From Amoebophrya sp. A120 (Eukaryota; Protista; Dinoflagellata), in assembly GCA_905178155.1 (NCBI GenBank), contig CAJINV010000001.1, positions 15,438,142 to 15,502,141 of the forward strand: a stretch of DNA of 64,000 nt. The letters are read 5' to 3'. The notes under the pieces were generated by a model. The model made no database searches, was not told where the DNA came from, and was given only the letters and a program-made list of their open reading frames with translations. Every line of letters begins with the position of its first letter. Positions within the stretch are counted from its first letter, which is position 1. Below are positions 36,256-46,279 of the stretch, in pieces. The translations under genes and the position numbers were made by a program.

Positions 36256-37074
36256 AGCGGCTAGTAAATTAAGTTTGGGAAGGAAGTAGTAATTATCGTC
36301 ACACGTGTCTAGTAGTTGCTGTGCACCACGCGCAGTCATTGCAAAAATGTTCTGCTGCTGGTTTTTAATATTTAAATCGTACTAATTGTAGTAGAGTAAA
36401 AAAAGTGACAGTGACTGCTTATAGGGTAGAACATGCGCTGCAAGCGCATGCAGAACATGAATGCGAAGTTTCGATATGAGGTTGCTTCGAGTAGCAACGA
36501 ACTGCAAAGGTATTTGGAACTACAACATGCCACCGGCCTCCTGCTGGCAAGGTTTTTTTTGGCATAAGGGTCGTGTGAGTGCTACTTTGGAATCTCAAAA
36601 ACGATTGCTGAGAATCTTCAATTTTCCAGGACGGCGCAGGGAAAGAATGAGCTCTTCACTGCAACAAGTAAATTGTTGCGGTTGATGAAGAGACTAAGAC
36701 CGTGAACCAGAAGCAACATGTTGAGGAGCTGCACACAATGACGCGGCGCGGGCGCCTTACCTGTACATGGTAGCGTGTTCCGAGTTCTCCTCCCAATTGC
36801 TTCGAGTCTCAAACTCGGCTAAGCTGCGCCGCTTCTTCGTTCCGCAGCTTCTGCCGTCGATACCCTTTAATTCCCATCGATGCGGAGATCAAAGTTACAG
36901 TTAGCATGGAAAAGTGCGTGCAGGTGGGAACAGATCGCAACGGGGCGCGTCATTGATTGAAGACCTTGAAAGTTCAAAAAACTAGGATCAAAAAAAGTAA
37001 AAAACGATCCCCTCTGTGTAGTAATTCTTGTTGCCGTCTCTCTGCTTCGCAACCCGAACCCGAATACGTCCAAG

Positions 37075-38364
37075 ATGAGGTCTTACGCAGCTTCTGCCGC
37101 AGCCTCGACGGCTGCGGCTTCATCGTCTTCCTCCACTGCGGTGCGTAGAAGTACCACTTCTGCGGCTATGCAGTCCTCCAAAATTTCAGAGAACGGAACT
37201 TCCCAGGCCCTGTTTATTGAGTGCCTGAACAAAATCCGGGAGACCCGTTTGAACGTGGAAAACCACGCGACACAGAATCTGATGCGGCGCGCCAAGGAGG
37301 AGATTCGAAAGCTGACAAACGACGAAATTCATTTGGTTCGGAAGCAGTTTGAACGGTTAGAGCACGGGGACCACGTGCACGAACTGAAAAGCAGCACTGT
37401 GAAACCGGACACGACGGCAAGGGTGATGCAGCGCGACGGAGGCCAGTTGGCGGCGCGACTGCTGCCCGGAGGGGACCCCGCGAGTACCAAAGCAAGCGCT
37501 TCGACTTCGGTTGGGGCTGGCAGCACCTCTTCGGCGTTGAACGACCCAACAATCGCAACACCTCTTCGGCGTTCGTTCCAGGAGCACAACATCGACCCGT
37601 ATTGGGACCCTTTTTTTGAGGTGCAGACCGAAAAAGAGCGGGTGAACGCTGAGTTTGTCGAGTATGCAAAGGTCGTGTCCGCCGCCGAGGCCCGAGAGAA
37701 GCGGCTGGAGATTCGGCGCGCGGTCCGGCGCGCAGTGGTGTTGAGATACGGCTCCCGGTACGACCCTCTCAAGTACCACGGCGGCGAACAACTGCCGCAG
37801 GACGTACCGAAGCCCCACCGACTGCACGAGCGCTTTTGGACCCCGAACGACCGGCAACAAAAAATCAACGCGGAGCGCGCCATCACGTGGCGCGACGTCG
37901 ATTTGCTGCAACACCACCTGGCACCGAACGGCTGGATCCTTCCGCGACGCACCACCATGCTGTCCCGCAAGAACCAGCGGCGCATGACCAAGGCGGTAAA
38001 CACAGCACGCGCCATGGCGTTACTGCCGTTCGACTGGCGGCCCTCGGATTTTGAGTCGATGCCACTGATGGATCCGCTGCAGTTTACGGTGGACCGATTG
38101 ACGAACGAGGTGGCCAAGCCGCGGGCACGGGCGATGCTGGAGGTGATGCAGGAGAAGTATCCGGAGTTGAACTTTCGTGCGTACGACAAGTGGAAAACGG
38201 AGCTTTTTAGAGACGCTGCAAAGCAAGAAAAACGAAGTAGTAGGGCTGCATCAAAAGAGCCGTCGAGAACAGGAGCTGCAAGGGGACACAAGACAACCGG
38301 ACGGGACGGGGATGGCGGGGAACAACAATCCGCGGAAAAAGGCGACGCAGCTTTTGAGGAATAA
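37075..38364 (+). CDS. Mitochondrial ribosomal protein bS18m, extended form
   Basis: S18 core ITWRDVDLLQHHLAPNGWILPRRTTMLSRKNQRRMTKAVNTARAMALLPF; Ser/Ala/Arg-rich, acid-poor N-terminus resembling a mitochondrial presequence; single exon. Confidence 0.82.
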   Translation: MRSYAASAAASTAAASSSSSTAVRRSTTSAAMQSSKISENGTSQALFIECLNKIRETRLNVENHATQNLMRRAKEEIRKLTNDEIHLVRKQFERLEHGDHVHELKSSTVKPDTTARVMQRDGGQLAARLLPGGDPASTKASASTSVGAGSTSSALNDPTIATPLRRSFQEHNIDPYWDPFFEVQTEKERVNAEFVEYAKVVSAAEAREKRLEIRRAVRRAVVLRYGSRYDPLKYHGGEQLPQDVPKPHRLHERFWTPNDRQQKINAERAITWRDVDLLQHHLAPNGWILPRRTTMLSRKNQRRMTKAVNTARAMALLPFDWRPSDFESMPLMDPLQFTVDRLTNEVAKPRARAMLEVMQEKYPELNFRAYDKWKTELFRDAAKQEKRSSRAASKEPSRTGAARGHKTTGRDGDGGEQQSAEKGDAAFEE

Positions 38365-39420
38365 AATGCTGATGTTGAAGTAAACAATTACGAGCAAGAC
38401 GATGATCGATTTAAAGGCAACGATGTATATCAACAATAAAATAGGTCCTGCTCAAAATTAAAATGTACGTCTACTACTAGCAGAACTATCTCCGCGAAGT
38501 AAGTAATTTTTTTGTCTGAAATGCTTCTTCCCGCGACGAGAATTCCAATTCACGGCGGAGACGGTGGCGGACTGCAAACGTGGCAATAAAAACTTCGGTA
38601 CCGAAGAAATCACATTTGTTGAATTGACAAGGCCGTATTGAAGGTGTTCGCGTTCATTGTTGTGGCATGTACTTACGAGAAATAAGTGCGAAATAATCTC
38701 TCCTCTCTGTCATTTTTGCTATCGGTCGGAGCAAGCCTTGATCTGCCACTTTACTTTTTTTCCTAGTGCAATTTGAGTGTGTATTTTTAAAGCTAGGCAA
38801 AGCAACATGAAACAGTTCACAAAGAACCAAGCGAGCGCGAGACTTTCCCTGCGAGGGCGCAGCTGGCTCTGCTTCACGCTGTTTCTGCTGCGACAGCCAC
38901 CCACATAATCTATCCTGGTATATAATTTCAAGCCTCGTGCAGGTGCACGAGCACGTGCGTATCTTCTCTACTTACGTACGGAAGCATCATGATGATACTC
39001 ATACATGTGTATGTGTATGTGCTGGAACAAGCGAAGTATGGCTCTGCTCCGAGCACGTGCGTCTACCGTCACGACGATAACAGACTTTGCAGGAACAAAT
39101 GTAGACATAGAGTGTGATTTGTTTTTGATTGGTCGTCGTCAGTGTGTAGAAAAACGTGTATCAAAATCATGTCAAGACCGAACATTTCCGCAGGAAGACA
39201 TGAGCTGTCTGACTCCGAGTGTTTGAAGCCGCCGAACAGGTCGCCGCCTTAACAAATGCGTCCCATTTGGATGAGCACATGGCCATCGACCGACGTGGTT
39301 CGTCCGCTCCAATAGCATTGGCTTGGTGCCAACACCCGACACGTTAGCAGGCGTTGCGTTTCGCTTTCCACTCGGCGACGAAGCCCACACAGAACCACCT
39401 CTACTTCCACAGACGAGAAG

Positions 39421-42400
39421 ATGCTGGTGCCCGTTACTGCGGAAAAATGCCTGCACGCCAATCTCCGCCTGTTGCGCAGGCTCGTGCAGGCGGCGGAGGT
39501 GTGGGCACTTCGCACGGGGCAGCGGTTCGGTTTTCAAACTGCGTCTTCTTCTGTTCTGGCAATTCTGGTCGTTCTGTACATTGCCATGTCGCGAAAAGCG
39601 AGGAGCGTTGCCATGTTTGACGTTTTTGTCCGCTTGCCGATTTTCCTGGTGCCCTTCGTCGCGTTGCGTCGCACGGTCCGGTTGTTGATGACCCGGCTGC
39701 AGCGCGAGATGTTTGCGGCGGAGGGGTTGGGCGAGCACATTTGGCTGAGTGGGGGAGACTCGTCGGTAGGCTTTGATCAGCACGTACCGACAAAAACAAG
39801 CAAACACGTGGACCCCTACGTGTCGGACCTTCTTCCCACCGCGGCGCTGATGATCGGGCGGCAGGGCACGCAGAAGCTGGATTTCTATGTCGCAGTGATC
39901 CGCGACTATTTGAAATCTGTTTTCCGCTTCAGCCAGGGTGTGGGGAAAAGCGCCTTGAAATACCTGGTCGGCGTGTGGCTCTCCGTGGAACTCGGGTTCT
40001 ACATCTGGTTCTACTTCAAAAAACGCGGACTAAACAAGCGCGAGCACCAGTTTCCGCTCCACTCGTCCAATACGAAAACACGCCTGGAGCTGCTCATGTG
40101 GTGGTTGGACACGCTCGACCGTGCGGCCCTGGCGCGGCTCGAAGCGGCGTCACAGCACGAAGCGGAAACAGCACCGACGCTGACCTCGGAGCTACACGAA
40201 AACGACAGCATGCGATCGTCGTCTCTTCACGACCTCAGGGTACTGATTTATTTTGTGGCCTCGTTTCTTTCTGAATCAGTAACAGTATCAGAAAGATCAC
40301 AGGATGTCTCGCCGTGTCATCTCACAATGAAAGAATAGAAAAGATTCATTAAGACTAAGTTAGTAGATGTACGAAGCTACAACATGTAAACGTACTCCAG
40401 GAGCACTCCGGTATTGGTGTGGTTTCCAGTGCCGAGGAGCTTGCGGATGCCCACGGCTCCAGCCCACGCCTTGTGCGCGCTGCGCCACCGCCGAAAGTGG
40501 CGAGCAGAGCTCGACTGCTTCTTGGGCAGCGGTTGAGCGTCTTCGACGAAGGTGACAACACAAACTCTTCCACTGTCGGCCGCTTTTCTAAACTGGCGCG
40601 GAGCTACAGTATGGCCGACGCGTTCGCTTCTGTCAATAACAGTGTTAATACGCCCACCGGCGCGAGTAACGCTACGACTAGACCGCTCAGCAAAAGCGGC
40701 AGCTTCACCAAGCACATGGTCCGGCGACAGGCAAGCTTGGACACTTCGGGCTCCGACGGCGGGCCCCCACTCGTCATTCCGGGTGGAGGGCGAAGTGGCC
40801 TTCAATCGACCAACTCGCGCAGCCACGGCCGAATCACACCCATCGCCGGAAGCCGGAGTCACGCAGTCGTGTTTCCTCCACAACTTACAACATCGAACGA
40901 TCATGGCGCAGCAGTAGGGTCTACTTCATCATCTTCTAGGACGTTGCAGCGACGCAGCAAGGATTTTCTGCAACTCCGGCAAACTATGTCGTCGAAAGGA
41001 GTGCTGCTTCCTTCTGTTTGCAGCAAGGTTGATCTGCAGGCCTACACATGTATGATGGAACGGGAGTTCAAGTCACATTTCGATGAGTCACAGCTCGCCG
41101 GTATAGGAAGGCGCGGGGAGGACGACCTTGACCTGGATGACGACGTTCCCGCACTGGATTTGCCGCCTAGAGAGGCTCGCTCACGCGATGCGTCGAAGGA
41201 GTCAGCTGGGACGCGACAACAGGACGTAATCGAGAGGAGCCCGAATGCCCACAACAGAAAGCTCGGTGAACAAAGTGATACAGGGGGACCAATGTCGAAA
41301 AAAACCGCAGGGCCGATTGCGAGGCCAAGGAATAAGAACGGGGAGCTGGTGCACGAAAGAACTTCTGTGGCCTCGAACGCGTCTGCGTTAGGTACCGCAC
41401 TCGAATTTGGTCCTCGAAGCAAGAATGAATTGACAAAGCAACTCACTCGCATGGCGTCGATGCTTCCGCGCGCGTCGCAGGTCAGCGTCATCGCGCCCGC
41501 CCGCCATGTCGTCTCCAAAAGCGTGTTGGCATGGCGAGACGTGCTGAAACTCTTCATCGTGCAGATCCGGCGGGCCTTGCCGTTTAGCTTGGCTATTAAG
41601 GTTGGAGACTTGTCTTCGGGAATAATTGGCGTGTTTAAGCCACTTCTAAATCTCCTGATTAACATGAACCCGCTGCTGAGCGACGACCTGGTTTCCGTGC
41701 TGACGGTCGACCTAGAGTTCGCAGCGAGCGGGTACGGCCAGGAAACGCAAGGGATGGAGGCAATTCTGCACGCGCTAGAGAAAGAAGACAACGTCATGCT
41801 GCTGCCGACCTCGTTGATGGACCTGCGACGTGCGGAGTTCGCGTCATGGTATAGCAAATCGTTATTTTCTTGAGCTCGACCACGAGGACGACGAGCGCAG
41901 CTGAAAGAAGACGTTAGAAAGTTTGACCATGCAGCCTAGAAACCAGTACAACTTAGCTTCGAAACTTAGTAAGTTGTACTCTTTAGCCATTTTATTTGCA
42001 ACGGCAGCTGCACCTTATCATGCTTTGTCACTATCAGGTTCACCGACGACCTGGTTTCTAACTGGGCCGACATCTACCGCCCCGTCGACCTGCGCCTGGT
42101 GTCCCGAAAAGACGTGGAGGAGTGGGTTGCAACGCACTGGTTCGAAGCCCGCCTGCTCGCGGACATCATGCGCGCGTCGCCAGAAGAGTACAGCGAGCTG
42201 AAGGAGATGGCCAAATACGTCATCAACTGGGCCGAAGTGGGGCAAATTTTGTCCAAGAAAAAAGTGAAGGCCTGGTGGAACTGCTACCATGACGAACTGC
42301 CCGTGCTCTACCGTCCGGCGCTGGTCTACTTCACCACCACACTGGTGCTTCCCGGCGTGGAGAAGTACCTCTTTTCCCTCGATTTTCAGCCGGAACGGAT

Positions 42401-44476
42401 CCATATCCTGTGCAAAAGTATCGTACTCGTACTAATTGCATTCATGCATTACAAATCTCTTTCTCAAGGTAAATCAGCATTAGAAATTGAATTTTTAATG
42501 CTGGGCTAATTTGTAATGCAATTTCTACTAGAACTAGTACGTGTACGACTACGATGCTTTTGCATTGCATAATCCAAGCGAAGAAAGCCGAGTTGTTAGT
42601 CTTGCAGAGAAGCCGGAGAAATGCCGAGAAGGAGAAGTCAGGCAGCAAGCGAAGTGCAGCGAAAAAGAACTTGAGCGCACTCGTCGCGGCGGAGGAGCTC
42701 GCGCAGAAGAGTCAGAGCATGCTGCCGGCGTTCGTCCAGTCACTAGTCGGGTTTGGCGGCTTTGAAGAGAAGTATCGCGGCACGATGCGATACTTCTACC
42801 GGCGCGCGACGAACCCAAAAGCGACCCCAAAGCGGACGAGCCGTGTAGCTTTTTCGTCCTCTACAGGCGGAAAGATGACCAAGATGAGAGAAGAAGATCC
42901 GGAAATCACGACGAGCAGCAGCCCGGAGAAGCCAAGCACGCACGACCAAGAATATAATCTGTTACACGGTGCTGGCGGAACATCAATGTCTTCAAGCGGA
43001 ATGAGAACAACTAACTCCCGAGGCGTACAACTGGCTGGTCAGAGCAGCATGATGCCAAATAGCAGTAGCCGTACCACCCTGAATATCGGGACACGCGTGC
43101 CGTCGCAAGCGACGTTAGACTTGACGGGAAACCTGGCGACACCCTCGCAGCCCATGCGGTTTTCGCGGCAACACACGTCCGAAGACGGCCCGAGTTCTCT
43201 ATTTGGCAATGAGAAGCAAGAAGAACAACAAACTTTCGTCGAGAACAACAATCGGCCTCTCCCCTTGGTCCTGTGCCACGGGTTGGGGGTCGGTTTGGTG
43301 GGGTATGGTACCATGGTGCGCGGTATGGTCGAGACCTTCGGGGAGGAATACGACTTGTTTGTGTTGTCAGAGCCCTGGGTGAGCATGCGGGTCTACGACG
43401 CAGTTCCCACGGGAAGGGAAGTCGCGCTCGCGATCATGCATGTGCTGGATTTCCACGGCTACCAATCCGCGCATTTTGTCGGTCACAGCTACGGCACGGC
43501 GATCTGCAGCTGGTGCGTGAAGCACGCGCCCAGCATGGTAAAGAAGTTGACGTTGCTGGATCCGGTGTGCTTCCAGACCCTGAAGACCGCCTTGGGCACG
43601 ATGTCGGGCACGTTCCGCGAGCCCGGAAACATCGTGGACGCAGTGATTTCCTACGTCGCGTTTCGCGAGTTGTTCACTGTCTTCGCCATGTCGTGGATTC
43701 ACTGGCAGGACACGGAGCTGTTCCCCGAAGTGTTGCCGCAGGGCCAAACGCTCGTGTTTTTACAAGAAAACGACAGCATCGTTCCGGTGCAAACCGTCCG
43801 CGGCTACCTCTCCGAGTACGAACCGTTGCTGAAAATCGTCTACAACCCGGGCACGTTTCACGCGTGCTTCCTGCTACCCCAGTTCAACTACCTCCTGCAA
43901 ACGGTGCTGTGCGAGATCCTGAGTTTGCACGAGAAACCAGATCATGCTTTTGGGGGCGCTAGCGCCATGAACGACGCAGCTCTACTACCGGGGACGAGTA
44001 ACAACGGAGGCGCTGGAGTAGAAATGCAAATGAATGCAAGTTCTTTGAACGATTTCCCCTTGACTTTGACCAGCGACTTGACGATCCGCAGTTCGGGGCA
44101 GGATTTGAGCGCGTTGTACCAGCAGCATGCCCCGGTGATACTAGAAGAGGACGACCACGTGGAGGAGGAGATCGCCCATCTCCTGAAAGTCGGGCACGAA
44201 CACGAGGAAGCCATTGCCGATCTTAGTCGAGCGACAAGCAAGAACTACAGTGAAGACGACGAGCGCGAACGGGAACGGAGAACCAAAATATCCAGCCCCC
44301 GCAACGTAATCCTAATCAGTCCACCGCCGGGAACTACAAAGCCTACTCTCGATTCCGTACTAGTGCAACCTCCACCGGTGTCTACCCCAGGATCCGGCTT
44401 TGCCACGAACATCGTCCAACAAATGAGCTCGCCGACCGAGAGTGACAGCTACAGCAACAGCGCCGCCAGTGATTAG
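39421..44476 (+). CDS. Membrane-associated alpha/beta-hydrolase fold protein; exons approx. 39421-40239, 40401-41848, 42038-42403, 42577-44476
   Basis: PLVLCHGLGVG, nucleophile elbow HFVGHSYG, LLDPVCF, QENDSIVP, GTFH; N-terminal hydrophobic helices. Two GT-AG introns (40240-40400, 41849-42037) and one introner. Confidence 0.78.
42404..42571. mobile_element. 168-bp MITE-like introner, family A
   Basis: TSD ATCCA (42399-42403, 42572-42576); the first ~36 nt are identical to the 28120 copy (TATCCTGTGCAAAAGTATCGTACTCGTACTAATTGC). Removing 173 nt gives QPERI-QAKKAELL. Confidence 0.9.
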
Positions 44477-45423
44477 AAATCACTTGAATGATGTTGTGCG
44501 AGAAAGAGCATCTCCACCAGCCTAAAGTGGGGGACAGTACTCGCAGCACTGTCGCATGCTGCCTCCTGGGACTGCAACATGGGCCGCCACGACGACGCCG
44601 TCGCTCCCGTTTCGGTTTCGCATTGGAAAACTGATTGTTTCGCAAATTTTACCAATACTGTTCGTTCTTGTATCGAGCTACTCGCTCCATCTTTCTCCGC
44701 TACAAGGAAGTATGTTTGTCTTGTATAGATATCTGTACCCAGCAACAGCATCCACAACGCACAATTTGATAGTTTGACAAAATGTAGCTGTGTCATAAGC
44801 GGTCGCTAAGCCTAAATGTCCCTCCACCCTCACCACATAACCACCGGATTCGCCAGAACCTCTTCGACAAGTTTCCGTTTCAAGTTCCATTTTATCCGAA
44901 TGCATACATTTGATGATGCGAGTTCGGCATCTTCTTCAACTATACAGGCTTTGCCCCAATTTGAGGATGCCTGACGCCCCAGAGTGTGACAGGTTTTTGA
45001 AAATTGACCGTGTTCGCAAGTACTTAGTTTGTGTTCGAGTGATGATGGTGTCTCCGCGGCATGTTGAAAAGAGTGAATTGGTGTTGTGGACGTCTTGAGA
45101 GAGCACGAGGGAACTACATTTGAATGAGCGTGTTCCATTGCAAAAAACCCAGCAAATAACGCAAAATGAGGTAGAAGATGAGACACGAGAGGACGTAAAC
45201 AAAAAGCGGTGCTCCCTGTCACTTGTGTTTACAACTGAAGCAGGGATGATTCTCTAGGTTCCCAGTATTTCTGTTCAGCCAAAGAATCCGATCGAAGGTG
45301 AGAGCTGCGCTATCACAGTCAGATGGATTAGGTTTAGGACAACTGACTCTCCGAAGCAGGAGGTCTTGTTACTTGTTCGTCAATTTTTAGGATCAGTATT
45401 CCCGCCCGCGCGACGGACCAACG

Positions 45424-46158
45424 ATGGATGAATTGGACGACGGGCCGACCTACGCCTTGACTGACCAGCAGCTCGAGTCTTTTCGAAATGTTTTCACGAT
45501 GTATGCCGAACCGGTGGCCAGCGAGGAAGAGGAACCCAAGTGCAAGTGGGAGCACTTTCCCGCCATGTTTCGTGCGGTCAACCAAAATCCAACCTTGAAG
45601 GAACTGGATACTGTAATCGCGGAATTCAAGAAGGGCGAGACCTTCGACGTCGACTGCTTTTTGAGAATCATGGACTCCCCCTTCAATGCGGTATATTCAG
45701 TGCAAATTCATCAACATCAGCTAGACATAGAGATATATTGGACGTTTTGATTCTGCTGCTACTTTTTTGCCGCGGCCTGCTGCATGTTGATCACCGTTTC
45801 CATCCAACCCCTACAAATGCATTGAATCTACCACTAGTACACCTAGAATGATCTCCATTTCTGATATTTCTACATCAGGATCCATCCACTACTACTACTA
45901 CATCAGGATCCTTCCAAGCCGGAGGTGTTAATCGAAGCATTCCGAAAGTTCGACCGGGACGGGGCGGGCATCTTGAAAGCTGCGGTGATGCGATACGCCC
46001 TGGGCTGCATCGGCGACGCACTGGAAATAGAATCGGTCGATGAATTCATGGACTACGCACACAGTGTAGCGGACAAGGAGAAAACCGGCGAAATCGATTA
46101 CGAGCTGCTGGTGAAGAACCTCTTCGAGAAAGACCCGGGAATCACGGCTTGCTTGTGA
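45424..46158 (+). CDS. Calmodulin/myosin light chain-like EF-hand protein; exons 45424-45690, 45907-46158
   Basis: LTDQQLESFRNVF, MFRAVNQNPTLKEL, LIEAFRKFDRDGAG, IGDAL, DKEKTGEIDYELLV follow the calmodulin fold, with degenerate N-lobe EF loops. Confidence 0.85.
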
Positions 46159-46279
46159 CAAGAGCACAACTTCTTATTACGTGTGAGCAGGCGATGAGTG
46201 TGCGTTCGCGTCAGTATCCGATGCTGGTAAAATTTCCTCTTCTACCCGGTTGCATTTGCCTTGCTGTGGTTACTCCAGT

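Noticed and set aside
37329-38387. 352-aa minus-strand ORF
   Set aside because: Antisense shadow of the GC3-rich bS18 gene; no domain features.
41042-41857. 271-aa minus-strand ORF (and similar ones at 24453-25415 and 9048-9671)
   Set aside because: Each overlaps a well-supported + strand exon; Ser/Arg-rich shadow translation.
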